Source of the DNA: Squalus acanthias
Lineage: Eukaryota
Assembly: GCA_030390025.1 (NCBI GenBank)
Contig: CM059425.1
Span: 168,890,001-168,954,000, forward strand
Direction of reading: 5' to 3'
Length of the DNA stretch: 64,000 nt
The notes under the pieces were generated by a model. That model had not been told where the DNA came from and did no database searches. It saw nothing but the letters and a program-made list of their open reading frames with translations. Position 1 is the stretch's first letter. Each line of letters begins with the position of its first letter. Positions 51,284 to 63,426 of this stretch are shown here, in pieces. Position numbers and translations under genes: made by a program.

Positions 51284-54200
51284 AGAAACATAGAAACATA
51301 GAAAATAGGTACAGGAGTAGACCATTCGATCCTTTGAGCCCGCACCGCCATTCAATGCGTTCATGACTGAACATGCTACCTCAGTACCCCATTCCTGCTT
51401 TCTCGCCATACCCCTTGATCCCCTTAGTTGTGAGTGTTATATCTAACTCCCTTTTGAATATATTTAGCGAACTGGCCTCAACAACCTTCTGTGGAAGAGA
51501 ATTCCATAGATTCACCACTCTCTGGGTGAAGAAGTTCCTCCTCAGCTCAGTCTTAAATGGCTTCCCCTTAATCCTTAGACTGTGATCCCTGGTTCTAGTT
51601 TTCCCTAACATTGGGAACATTCTGCCCGCATCTAATTTGTCTAAACCAGTCAGGATTTTAAATGTCTCTAAGATCCTCCCTCATTCTTCTGAACTCCAGA
51701 GGATACAAGTTCAGTTGACCCAATCTTTCTTGATATGTCAGTCCGGCCATCCCAGGAATCAATCTAGTGAACCTTCGCTGCACTCCCTCAATAGCAAGAA
51801 TGTCCTTCCTTAAGTTAGGAGAGCAAAACTGCGCACAATACTCCAGGTGTGGCCTCACCAAGGCCCTGTACAACTGCAGCATCACCTCCCTACTCCTGTA
51901 CTCAAATCCCCTTACTATGAAGGCCATCATTCCGTTTGCTTTCTTGACTGCCTGCTGCACTTGCATTCCTACCTTCAGTGACTGATGTACCATGACGCCC
52001 AGGTCTCGTTGCACCTCCCCTTTCCCTAATCTGCCACCATTCAGGTAATAGTCCGCCTCTCTATTTTTACCACCAAAGTGGATAACCTCACATTTATCCA
52101 CATTGTACTTCATCTGCCGTACATTTGCCCATTCGCCCAACCTGTCCAAGTCACTCTGTAGCCTCCTAGCATCCTCCTCATTGTTCACACTGCCTCCCAA
52201 TTTAGTGTCATCCGCAAATTTGGAGATATTACATTTAATCCCTTCGTCCAAATCATTAATATATAATGTAAACAGCTGGGGTCCCAGCACCGAACCCTGC
52301 GGTACCCCGCTGGTCACTGCCTGCCATTCTGAAAAGTACCCATTTACTCCTACTCTTTGTTTCCTGTGTGCCAACCAGTTCTCAATCCACGTCAACACAT
52401 TACCCCCAATCCCATGTGCTTTAACTTTGCTCACCAATCTCTTGTGTGGGACCTTGTCGAAGGCCTTCTGAAAGTCCAAATACACCACATCTACTGGTTC
52501 CCCCCTGTCCACCCTATTGGAAACATCCTCAAAAAATTCCAGAAGATTTGTCAAGCATGATTTCCCTTTCACAAATCCATGCTGACTTGGACCTATCATG
52601 TCGCCACTTTCCAAATGGTCTGTTATGACATCTTTAATAATTGCTTCCATCATTTTACCCACGACCGATGTCAGGCTGACCGGTCTATAATTCCCTGCTT
52701 TCTCCCTCCCTCCTTTTTTAAAAAGAGGGGTTACATTGGCCACCCTCCACTCCATCGGAACTGATCCAGAGTCTAAGGAATGTTGGAAAATGATCGTCAA
52801 TGCATCCACTATTTCCAAGGCCACCTCCTTAAGTACTCTGGGATGCAGACCATCAGGCCCCGGGGATTTTTCAGCCTTCAGTCCCATCAATTTCCCCAAT
52901 ACCTTTTCCCGACTAATAAGGATTTCCCTCAGCTCCTCCCTCTTACCAGATCCTCTGACCCCTTTTATTTCCGGCAGGTTGTGTGTGTCCTCCACAGTAA
53001 ACACCGAACCAAAGTACTTGTTCAATTGATCTGCCATTTCCTTGTTCCCCATTACGACTTCCCCTGTTTCCGACTGCAGGGGACCTACGTTTGTTTTTAC
53101 TAACCTCTTTATTTTTACATATTTATAGAAGCTTTTGCAGTCCATTTTAATGTTCTCTGCAAGCTTCCTTTCATATTTTATTTTCCCTGCCCTAATCAAA
53201 CCCTTCGTCCTCCTCTGCTGAGTTTTGAAGTTCTCCCAGTCCCCGGGTTTGCTGCTACTTCTGGCCAATTTGTATGCAACTTCCTTGGTTTTAATACTAT
53301 CCCTGATTTCCCTTGTTAGCCATGGTTGAGCCACCTTCCCTTTTTTATTTTTACGCCAGACCGGGATGTACAATTGTTGTAGTTCATCCATGCGATCTCT
53401 AAATGTCTGCCATTGCCCTTCCACTGATAGCCCCTTAAATATCGCTTGCCAATTTAACCTCGCCAATTCACACCTCATACCCTCAAAGTTGCCCTTATTT
53501 AAGTTCTGGACCATGGTCTCTGACTTAACTGTTTCCTTCTCCATCCTAATGTAGAACTCCACCATACTATGGTCACTCTTCCCCAGGGGGCCTCGTACCA
53601 CAAGATTGCTGATTAGTCCTTCCTCATTACACAACACCCAGTCCAGGATGGCCTCCCCTCGAGTTGGTTCCTCAACATATTGGTTTAGGAAACCATCCCT
53701 TAAACACTCCAGGAAATCCTCCTCCACCGTATTGCTTCCAGTTTGAGTAGCCCAATCTATATGCATATTAAAGTCACCCATGATAACTGCCGTGCCTTTT
53801 TTGCACGCACCTCTGATTTCCTGTTTCATACCCTCCCCCACCTCACTACTGCTGTTTGGAGGTCTGTACACAACTCCCACTAACGTTTTCTGCCCTTTGG
53901 TGTTCTGCAGCTCAACCCATATTGATTCCACATCCTCCAAGCTGATGTCCTTCCTAGCTATTGCATTAATCTCCTCTTTAACCAGCAATGCTACCCCACC
54001 CCCTTTTCCTTTTATTCTATCCTTTCTGAATGTTGAATACCCCTGGATGTTCAGTTCCCAGCCTTGATTGTTCTGGAGCCACGTCTCTGTAATCCCAATC
54101 ACATCATATCCATTAACATCTATTTGCACAGTCAATTCATCCACCTTATTACGGATACTCCTTGCATTAAGACACAGAGCCTTTAGGCTTGTTTTATTAA

Positions 54201-54355
54201 CATCCTTTGTCCTTTTAGACTTATGATTTAGTATGGCCCTTTGTGTTTCTTGCCTTTGTTTACTCGGCCTTCCCCTATTGTTTCTCACCCTTCTAACATT
54301 TGTTTCTGACTGCATATTACTTCCCCCTGTTTCGCTACATAGGTTCCCATTCCCC
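51284..54355 (-). mobile_element. Young CR1 LINE, 5'-truncated just upstream of ORF2
   Basis: TSD TGAGTT (51278-83 and 54356-61); (TTTCTATG)n 3' tail; long open ORF2. Confidence 0.93.
51658..54315 (-). CDS. CR1 ORF2p (APE endonuclease + reverse transcriptase), 885 aa open, frameshift near the C-terminus
   Basis: NARS, ITETW, VYRPP, GDFN, SDH endonuclease motifs; YLDFQKAFD, GVPQGSVLGP, FADD RT motifs; C-terminus continues in ORF 51381..51620. Confidence 0.88.
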   Translation of the reverse strand: MQSETNVRRVRNNRGRPSKQRQETQRAILNHKSKRTKDVNKTSLKALCLNARSIRNKVDELTVQIDVNGYDVIGITETWLQNNQGWELNIQGYSTFRKDRIKGKGGGVALLVKEEINAIARKDISLEDVESIWVELQNTKGQKTLVGVVYRPPNSSSEVGEGMKQEIRGACKKGTAVIMGDFNMHIDWATQTGSNTVEEDFLECLRDGFLNQYVEEPTRGEAILDWVLCNEEGLISNLVVRGPLGKSDHSMVEFYIRMEKETVKSETMVQNLNKGNFEGMRCELARLNWQAIFKGLSVEGQWQTFRDRMDELQQLYIPVWRKNKKGKVAQPWLTREIRDSIKTKEVAYKLARSSSKPGDWENFKTQQRRTKGLIRAGKIKYERKLAENIKMDCKSFYKYVKIKRLVKTNVGPLQSETGEVVMGNKEMADQLNKYFGSVFTVEDTHNLPEIKGVRGSGKREELREILISREKVLGKLMGLKAEKSPGPDGLHPRVLKEVALEIVDALTIIFQHSLDSGSVPMEWRVANVTPLFKKGGREKAGNYRPVSLTSVVGKMMEAIIKDVITDHLESGDMIGPSQHGFVKGKSCLTNLLEFFEDVSNRVDRGEPVDVVYLDFQKAFDKVPHKRLVSKVKAHGIGGNVLTWIENWLAHRKQRVGVNGYFSEWQAVTSGVPQGSVLGPQLFTLYINDLDEGIKCNISKFADDTKLGGSVNNEEDARRLQSDLDRLGEWANVRQMKYNVDKCEVIHFGGKNREADYYLNGGRLGKGEVQRDLGVMVHQSLKVGMQVQQAVKKANGMMAFIVRGFEYRSREVMLQLYRALVRPHLEYCAQFCSPNLRKDILAIEGVQRRFTRLIPGMAGLTYQERLGQLNLYPLEFRRMREDLRDI

Positions 54356-54679
54356 TGAGTTGTGAGACACCAGGTGACAACACTACTCTCTGTCGCATGG
54401 GACCCACCCAGGTGTGCGTATCTGCACTGGTGCTGGGTGCACCCTCAGAGGCTGGAGGCTCCCATGAGGAGTCGTCGTCTTCCTCCTGGACAGTGGTCAG
54501 GGGGGAGGCCTCTTGATGAAGCTATGGGAGAGTAAAGAGATGAGTTAGATATGTCCTATGAAGAATGGGTATAGATTCCATTATGCACATGATGACCATT
54601 CACCTGGCTGCTGACATCAGTTCCCATATGAGTGACTAATGTAGGCCATGTAGCTCTGTGAAATGTAATTTTGTCACTA

Positions 54680-55003
54680 GGTGGCATAGTGGTTAGCACT
54701 GGTGCCTCACAGCGCCAGGGACCCGGGTTCGAATCTGGCCTCGGGTGACTGTCTGTGTGGAGTTTGCACATTCTCCCCGTGTCTGCGTGGGTTTCCTCCG
54801 GGTGCTCCGGTTTCCTCCCACAGTCCAAAAATGTGCGGGTTAGGTTGATTTGGCTATGATAAATTGACCCTTAGTGTTAGGGGGGGGATTAAATATGTGG
54901 GGTTATGGGGATAGGATGGGATATGTTAGGGGGAATTAAATACGTGGGGTTACGGGGATAGGGTGGGATATGTGTCGGTGCAGGCTCGATGGGGATTCTG
55001 TGT
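54680..55003 (+). mobile_element. HE1/V-SINE-like SINE with intact A and B boxes, followed by a CR1 3' tail fragment (~55004-55119)
   Basis: GGTGGCATAGTGGTTAGCACTGGTGCCTCACAGCGCCAGGGACCCGGGTTCGAATC... Confidence 0.88.
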
Positions 55004-55119
55004 AAGAAAGCAGGGACAGGGTACTGGATTTGGATGATCAGCCATGATCGTATTGAATGGTGGAGCAGGCTCGACGGGCCGAATGGCCTACTCCTGCTCC
55101 TAGTTTCTATGTTTCTATG

Positions 55120-55849
55120 AGATGTCCCCCCCTCTCCATCTCCCACCTCCAGCTGCTCGGTGACTCCAGATATTTCTAAAACAGCCTCCTCTGCTGTTGT
55201 ATGGTTTGCAATTGATGGAGGGCCACCGCCGGTTCTCCTCCTCTCCCTCTTATTTTGGGCTCTCTTTTCCTGCAAGGAGGGAAAGAAGAGAAGGTTGAGT
55301 GAGAGTGATGGAAGGAGTGTAAGGAATGGATGGGTTAGATCTTTCGAGGGAGACTTTGATGGAGTGGGGTGCCAAAACCAAGTGGCCTCCTTGTGTGTTG
55401 TTGGTATGATTGCACTCGGATGAGGATGAGTCTGAGGGGTGGCTAGTCAGATGGGGATGTGAGTATGTAGGTAGAGAGAGAGGGATGGGTGAAGGTGCAA
55501 GGTATGTTGGTGTGAGTAAGGATGTGCAGGGGCATGGTTGGGAAGGCAGAGTGATGGGGATGTGATGAGAGGCACAGCAGGATGAAGTTGAGTGTGGCTT
55601 TGTACTCCCGTTTCCTGATCTAATGCGATCATTGAAACGTTTGTGGCACTGCACCCAGGTCCTCCTGACCACATCCCTGCTGTTGACCTCCTCTGCAATC
55701 TCCAACCAGGCTGTTTTGGTCTCCTGGGGAGGTCTCTTCCACCCATTGGAAGGGAAGAGGACCTCCCTGCATGCTCTGACTCCCTCCACAAGCATGTAGA
55801 GGGAGTCATCGGAGAACCTGGGTGCAGCCCTCTGCCTCTGTGCAGTCAT
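55120..55849 (-). pseudogene. Harbinger Myb/SANT-like gene, 5' exons (3' part at ~54360-54525 and ~50980-51280)
   Basis: MTAQRQRAAPRFSDDSLYMLVEGV...AWLEIAEEVNSRDVVRRTWVQCHKRFND; exon 2 EKRAQNKRERRRTGGGPP. Confidence 0.82.
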
Positions 55850-56431
55850 TGTCAAAGTGTTTGCAGCACTCCAATGCTGTAGTGCACTGACAGCACTATG
55901 TTACATTAACCTTCAAATGTAATGTGGCCATGGCCCCTTTGAAGATCCCGGCTGAAAATGCGTCATGAATGACGTCAGCAGACCCGCACCATTTAATTGG
56001 GCCGGGTAATGCGCAGGGCGGGTTTAATCGGCCCTATTGACATAAAGTCGTTCTGTGCAGCGGGATGGAGCCAGCAATGGGCTCGAGACCCGCCGTGGCG
56101 GCCGTCCACACCGGACCTGCCCAGGTAAAGAAAATTCCGACCTAAGAGTCAATATCATTGTTCTCTGCACTACCTCCAGTGCTAGAATGATTCCTTTGTG
56201 TCTGTGATCAGGAATGGGTGTGTTCTCTCTTTATTTATTTCTTTTTCTCTCCCTCCCTCTCTTTCTCAACACTTTCTCTTCCACTCTTTTGCCCTTTTGT
56301 TCTCTTTCTTCCCTCCCAAAGAAAAGCTCGAGCGTATTTAACCGATCTATGTATTTTTTAAAAAGTTGAGTTTTTAGGTTTATTGTGACCTATAATAGTT
56401 TTCTTTCTTTAACACTTTCTGTCTTTTGCAG

Positions 56432-56573
56432 CTTGCTCCAACTAAAAGCAGTTCTATAATTAAATCAATGCAGTTACTCAAAAACCCTGTTAAGACCTGT
56501 GATAAGGTTTATGCCCTGATCCAGAGCCTGACATCCCAGATTAGGCAGAGGATGGAAGACCCTAAATCAGCTG
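56432..56573 (+). CDS. PPIP5K2: PPIP5K2 coding exon ([47 protein letters not shown])
   Basis: tttgcag acceptor, GTAAGG donor. Confidence 0.94.
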
Positions 56574-56584
56574 GTAAGGTATTT

Positions 56585-59500
56585 CATTTATATATAGACA
56601 ATAAAGGAGAGGATGACAAAAAGGAATATGAAGGGGTTAGAAAAGATGTCAAAAAAAACAATTAGGAAAGCAAAGAGGAGCTATGAAATTAAATTATCAA
56701 GTAATATAAAAAGAAATAGTAAAGTATTCTGCAAACACACAAGTCCTTCGAAAAGGTACCACACGGTAGGCTCATGACAAAGGTTAGGGCATGTGGAGTC
56801 AGGACAAATAGCTGAATGGATAGCAAATTGGTTTTTTTTTAAAAGCAGAGAGCAGGGGTAAAGAGTAGTTATTCAGATTGGAGGAAGGTAGAAAGCAATG
56901 CTCCAATAGGATCAGTGCTGGCATCACTGTTGCTCATAATTTATATTAATGATTTGGACTTAGAAACAAGTAACTCAATATCAAAATTTGCAGATGATAC
57001 CAAACTGTGGGGTACAGCTAACACTGAGAAAGAATGCCACGTATTACAAGAAGACATTAGAAAACTTGCAGACTGGGCAGTTAAGTGGCAAATAAACTTT
57101 AACAGAGATAAATGTGAGGTGATGCACTTTGGTCGGAAAAATAGAAACATTACCTACACCTTAGAAAATAAAATAGTGAATGGGGTGGAAGAAAAAAGGG
57201 ACTCCGGGTACAGGTGAACAAATCATTAAAAACAGCATCACAGGTCAGCAAAGCAATTAAAAATGCTAACCAAGCACTGGAATTTATTTCTTGGGTATAG
57301 AATTCAACAGTAGTGACGTTATGTTAAACATGTGTAGGACCCCGGTCAGGCCGCACTTAAGAGTACTGTGCATAGTTCTAGGCTCCATCCTATAAAAAGG
57401 ACATTGAAGCAGTGGTGAAAGTGCAAAATAGATTCACAAGGATGGTACCAGAACTGAGGGATTACAGCTATCAGGAAAGATTGAACAGGTTAGGGCTTTT
57501 TTCTTTGGAAAAGAGAAGACTTAGAGGTGACCTGATAGAGGTCTTCAAAATTATAAGTGGGTTGGACAGGGCAGATGTGGAGAGAATGTTTCCACTTGTG
57601 GCAAAATCCAAAACTAGGGACCATAAATACAAGATAGTTACTAATAAATCCAATAGGGAAATAAGGAGAAATTTCTTTACTCCGAGAGTGGTTAGAATGT
57701 GGAACTCGCTACCATAGGAAGTGTTGAGGCAATAGCTTAGATGCTTTCAAAGGGAAACTAGACGAGAGAAAAGGGAATAGAAAGATATGCTGAAAGGCTG
57801 AGATGAGGCAGATGGAATGGGAGAAGATTTGTATGAAGCATAAACACCAGCACAGAATAGTCTGTGCTATATATTCTATGTTTAAAAAAAAAAATCAGGA
57901 TCTTGACAGGGCCACTAAGGGATGCACAAGATAAACTCACATGTAATGACCGCGAAATGACAGAAATATTGAATAGCTACTTTGATGTAATATTTATCAG
58001 GGAGACTAACAAGGGGCGCAAGACATTAGAAGAGATCAAAAAAGATATAAAAATAGTTAATATAGAAAAGGGGGAGATAATTGATAAACTAATCAATGTA
58101 GAAAGGATAAAACCCCCTGGCCCAGGTGGATTGCATCCATGCATAATAAAAGAAGCTAGAGAAGAGATAGCAGCGGCACTATTATATTATAAATTAATTA
58201 CAAAAGGGAATAGACCAAAGGACTGGCGGACAGCTAATATTGTTCCTATATTTTAAAAGGGAGATGGAACAAGTCCAGGGAACTATAAACCAGTTAGCTT
58301 AATGTCGGTGGTTGGAAAGATAATGGAATCTTTACTCAACTATGTAATAGAAAAACATCGAGAAACCGAAAATACAATAGTAGTCAGCACGGATTTCAAA
58401 AGGACAGGTCATGCTTGACCAATCTTATTGAATTCTTTGAAGAAGTAACAGAAAGCATAGACAGGGGTACTGCAGTAGATGTAAAAATATGGATTTTCAA
58501 AAGGTTTTTGATCAGGTAAATCCAATAGGGAAATAAGGAGAAATTTCTCATGACTACGGCCAGAGCATGTGAAGTCAGGGGACTGGTAGAAGAATGGATA
58601 CAAAACAGAGAGTAGGGGTTAAGAGGTGCCAACCTGGTGAAGCTATAGCACAGGACTACATGCATGCTAAACATCGAAAGCAGCATTCTATAGACAAAGC
58701 TAAGCGAGTCCACAACCAACGAATCAGATCAAAGCTCTGCAGTCCTGCCACATCCAATCGTGAATGGTGGTGGACAATTAAACAACTAATGGGAGGAGGT
58801 GGCTCCATGAACATCCCCATCCTCCATGATGGCGGAGCCCAGCACGCGAGTGCAAAAGATGAGGCTGAAGCATTCGCAACCATCTTCAGCCAGAAGTGTC
58901 GAGTGGATGATCCATCTCGGCCTCCTCCTGAGGTCCCCACCATCACAGATGCCAGTCTTCAGCCAATTCAGATGAAGGCTATGGGCCCCGACAACATTCG
59001 GCTGTAATGCTGAAGACTTGTGCTTCAGAACTAGCTGTGTCTCTAGCCAAGCTGTTCCAGTACAGCTACAACACTGGCATTCACCCAACAAAGTGGAAAA
59101 TTACCCAGGTATTTCTGTCCACAAAAAGCAGGACAAAGCCAATCCAGCCAATTAACGCCCCATCAGCCTACACTCATTCATAAACGAAGTGATGGAAGCT
59201 GTCATCGACAGTGCTATCATGCGGCACTTAATCACCAATAACCTGCTCACTAATGTGCAGTTTGGGTTCCGCCAGGACCACTCCGCTCCAGATCTCATTA
59301 CAGACCTGGACAAAATTCAGGCTTGGGCTGATGAAAGGCAAGTAACATTCGCGCCACACAAGTGCAATGACCATCTCCAACATGAGAGAGTCTGACCACC
59401 TCCCCCTGACATTCAATAACATTACCATTGAATCCCCCAGCATCAACATCCTGGGGGGGTCACCATCAAGCAACTTAACTGGACCAGCCCCATAAATACT

Positions 59501-60920
59501 GTGGCTACAAGAGCAGGTTAAAGGCTGGGTATTCTGTGCAAGTGGCTCACCTCCTAACTCCCCAAAGCCTTTCCACCACCTACAAGGCACAAGTCAGGAG
59601 TGTGATGGAATACCTTCCATTTGCCTGAAGGAGTGCAGCTCCAACAACACTCGAGAAGCTCGACACTATCCAGGACAAAGTAGCCCACTTGATCGGCAAC
59701 CCATCCACCACCTTACTAATAGAATTTTATATTGAGTTTGAAAGTGATTTAGTTAAGTCTGAAACTAGGGTCTTAAATCTGAACAAAGCAAATTACGTAG
59801 GTATGAGGGGCAAGTTGGCTGAGGTACATTGGGAAACTAGTTTAAAAGATATAATGGTAGATAAGCAATGGCAAACCTTTAAAGAAATAATTCATAATTT
59901 GCAACGAATATACATTCCCTTAAGGAATAAAAAACCCATGGGGAAAAATGGTCTAACCATGGGTAACAAGAGAAGTTAAAGATCGTAGTAGATTAAAGGA
60001 AGAGGCCTATAATGTTGCCAAAAAGAGAAGTAAGCCGGAGGATTGGGAAGATTTTAGAATTCAGCAAAGGATGACCAAGAAATTGATAGAGAGAAAATAG
60101 AATGAAAGTAAACTAGCAAGAGACATAAAAACAGATTATAGACCAGTTAGCGTGACATCAGTAGTGGGGAAAATACTAGACTCTATTATTAGGGATGTGG
60201 TAACCGGGCACTTAGAAAATCATAATATGATCGGCAGAGTCAACACGGATTTATGAAAGGGAAATCGTGTTTGATAAGAGTTTTTTGAGTTTGTAACTAG
60301 CAGAATAGATAAGGGGGAACTAGTGGATGTAGTGTGTTTAGATTTTCAGAAAGCTAGAGGGATAGAATTGAAAAGTAGAGAAGTTATGTTAAAGTTGCAT
60401 AGAACCGTGGTTAGACCACACTTGAAAGTACTGTGCACAGTTCTGGTCTCCATGTTATAAAAACGATATAGAGGCTTTGGTGAAGGTGCAAAAAGGATTC
60501 ACACGGATGATACCAGAACTGAGAGGATATACTTTTCAGGAAAGGCTGAACAGGCTGGGGCTCTTTTCTCTCAGAAGGCTGAGCTGTGACTTGATAGAGA
60601 TCTTTAATGAAAGGGCTTGATAGGGTAGACGTAGAAAATTTTTTTCCACTTGTGGTGGAGTCCAAAACTAGAGGTCATAAATATAAGATAGTCACTAATA
60701 AATCCAGGAGGGAATTCAGGAGGAGTTTCTTTACCCAAAGAGTGGTAAGAATGTGTAATGTGCTACCACATTGAGTAGTTAGGGTGAATAGTATAGATGT
60801 ATTTAAGGGGAAGCTAGATAAGCACATGAGAGAGAAAGGAATAGAAGGATATGCTGATGGGGTTAGATGAAGAGCCGAATAGCCTGTTTCTGTTGCTGTA
60901 AATCCTATGTAACTCTATGT
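56585..60920 (+). mobile_element. Mosaic of decayed CR1 fragments, with a second-family LINE fragment at ~58627-59715
   Basis: RT and C-terminal fragments (FADDTKL, RRLRGDLIEVFK, RNFFT.RVV), two CR1 3' ends, internal deletions. Confidence 0.8.
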
Positions 60921-61680
60921 ACACCAGTCAGGCATATCAAAATTAACTTGTTGAGAATCTTAGGTGAAGGATCAAGCCCATAATGTAGGATATTACCATG
61001 GTTGAAAAGACTGAGAATGATAAAATTATTATTCTTATTCTTTTCAAATTTGGTGTCCTGTATTCACCTAGGTTTCTCTTTTTCAATAGTTGATTTTGGA
61101 AAATTAGGTCAAACAAAAAGCATTGACCAAATGACAGTAAACTTGGGTTTTAAAGTCCTGTTGCAGAAGGAAGGCACTCACTCTTGCTGGAATATGTACC
61201 TCCATCATTTGCCCAAATAATCACTCATCTGTATGCTTAGACAACAACTGTTGCCAGGCTATTAGATCATGGGGCAGCCTCACAACTGAGTCTAATCATG
61301 TCCTCATCCAATGTCTGCATATCTACTTGTTTGGAATACTGGATAAGGATTAGAAATGGAACCCCAGGTGATTTTCCATCTCACTACTCTGGAAGGACTC
61401 CTATGTAGTGACCCAGGGTTCAACCTGGGACTTTTCATGGTCTGTTTGGCTCACTACCATACCATACACTACACTGTCAAAAGTCCATTTAAATACATTT
61501 CATTTAAACCTGCCATTCAAATTTCTAACTTTGCTAGAATCTAGATCCTCACAGTTAGATTTTTAAAAAAATGATTTATGCTCTTGTGTTGATCCAACAG
61601 ATTCCCTATACAGTTGAGTAATGTTTTAATCTAAATTAAAACCATCTACTGAGGAATAAATGCCTTCTTTGTATAAACAG

Positions 61681-61904
61681 ATATTCAGCTTTACCATAGT
61701 GAATCACTTGAATTGATGCTGCGAAGATGGGCCAAATTAGAAAAGGACGTCAAAATGAAGAATGGGCGTTATGATATCAGCAAAATTCCTGATATCTATG
61801 ACTGCATAAAATATGATGTTCAACACAACAGTTCTCTAAAACTGGACAACACAATGGAACTGTACAAGTTATCAAAGTCATTGGCTGACATTGTCATACC
61901 TCAG
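61681..61904 (+). CDS. PPIP5K2: PPIP5K2 coding exon ([22 protein letters not shown]...LADIVIPQ)
   Basis: aaacag acceptor, GTAATG donor. Confidence 0.95.
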
Positions 61905-61949
61905 GTAATGAACAACATTATGTTTCTATAGATCTATGTTTCTATAGAT

Positions 61950-62100
61950 AGATTTCGAGACACAAAAGGCATCAAGGGGTATGGGGAGAGAGCGGGAATG
62001 TGGTATTGAGATAGAGGATCAGCCATGATCATATTGAATGGTGGAGCAGGCTAGAAGAACTGAATGGCCTACCCCTGCTCCTATTTTTCTATGTTTCTAT
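61950..62100 (+). mobile_element. CR1 3' terminal fragment
   Basis: GGATCAGCCATGATC...GGCCTACCCCTGCTCCTA...CTATGTTTCTAT tail; a similar fragment lies at ~32590-32855. Confidence 0.75.
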
Positions 62101-62848
62101 TTTACGGAAGCTAATTTGGCCTCCTTTGTTCCTGTATGAGGAGGATGTGATAACTGCCAATTTTCCCTTTATTTTCTACTTTTGCTGCTTTCCCCTCCCC
62201 TGGGCCATCCACTTCTTGTGGGATCTTGCTGTGTGTAAGTTGGCTGCTGTGTTTGCCTACATAACTGACTATACTCAGAATAATTGATTGGTTATGAAGT
62301 GCCTCGGAATGTCCTGAGGATGTTGTTACATAAATGAAAGTTATTTCTTACTTATTCATTGAAGTTGTTACGACAGTTACATAAGTTACATTATTTGCTT
62401 TTCTTGATAAAAACTCTGGTGAGGCAATCCTTTTAAATACAGTGGAGAAAGGGAAAGTAATTTGTGTGCCACAACAATGCAAACAAAAAAGCTTAGGACT
62501 TACTAATTTAAAAAAGCTTAAAGGGTCAACACCCTCACATCTTTCTCCACTGGGGGTTTGGGCATTCCCAAATGATGTGTGCGAGATGCCTTTGGACAGT
62601 GAAGATGGCACTACCATGACTCTACCATCGAGTTAATTCTCAGTTTCCTGAAATATACATTGCAGGGTCTGGTTCTGCAGTCTTCATTCAATTTTCTTCT
62701 AATTGTGACACAAATTGAAGAAGTACGAATTATATTTTAATGAGTTAGTGAACAAATTGAATAATACAATGAATTAGAAGTTGTCAACCCATTTTAAAAG
62801 ATTTACACATTTCTTCATTTTATTGACTCTTAATTTCATTTTTTTTAG

Positions 62849-62976
62849 GAATATGGCATCACCAAGGCTGAGAAACTGGATATTGCCAAAGGCTATTGTA
62901 CTCCTTTGATAAGGAAAATTCGTTCTGACTTGCAAAGAACTCAGGATGATGATACTGTTAACAAACTCCATCCACT
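62849..62976 (+). CDS. PPIP5K2: PPIP5K2 coding exon ([42 protein letters not shown])
   Basis: T-tract plus AG acceptor, GTAAGA donor. Confidence 0.95.
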
Positions 62977-63426
62977 GTAAGAGATTATTTATAGTAATTC
63001 ATTTTCTAAATGCTTAAGACTTTGCTATGTTAAACTACCTTGCACTTTGCTATGTTAAACTACATCTGTCATTGCTCCACTCGCTTGCTTAATTTATAAC
63101 CTCTTGCAACTTTCTGCTTTCTTCACAGTTCACGAATCCCCCGCCCCCCCCCCTCCAAGTTTAGTATTATCTACAAACTTTGATATACTCTCCTCTATTG
63201 GACTGAAAAGCTGGGGCATTGATCCCTGGGAGAATACCACTTTTATTCCAATGCTTTTCCTTCTACTTTGCAACCAATTTCCTATCCATATCACAAGACT
63301 GCCTCCAGTACCATCAACCACCCCCACTGGGTTGAGGGCAGCAAATAACTTTCTTAATGGATATAGCCAAGAAAGTTCATTTCATCCATTGACAAAAATC
63401 AACACTAAGCCAAAGAAGGATATATT

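Larger units (their letters stand above)
50261..56142. mobile_element. Internally deleted PIF/Harbinger element carrying nested CR1 and SINE insertions
   Basis: TIR GGCCGGAATTTCCT / AGAAAATTCCGACC (12/14); perfect TAA TSD at 50258-60 and 56143-45; Myb gene on -. Confidence 0.88.
11248..62976 (+). other. PPIP5K2: PPIP5K2 gene, partial (11 internal coding exons; start and stop lie outside the window)
   Basis: Exons splice in consistent phase into NIIMRELAP...[15 protein letters not shown]...[11 protein letters not shown]...[16 protein letters not shown]...[10 protein letters not shown], recognisable as diphosphoinositol pentakisphosphate kinase. [19 protein letters not shown] and [10 protein letters not shown] favour PPIP5K2 over PPIP5K1 (comparison from memory). 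Confidence 0.9.

Noticed and set aside
54680..54750. tRNA gene (also at 10373 and 21548)
   Set aside because: The A/B boxes belong to tRNA-derived SINE heads that continue into SINE bodies; no convincing cloverleaf.
63018..63063. 20-bp direct repeat ACTTTGCTATGTTAAACTAC x2
   Set aside because: A small local duplication with no sign of function.
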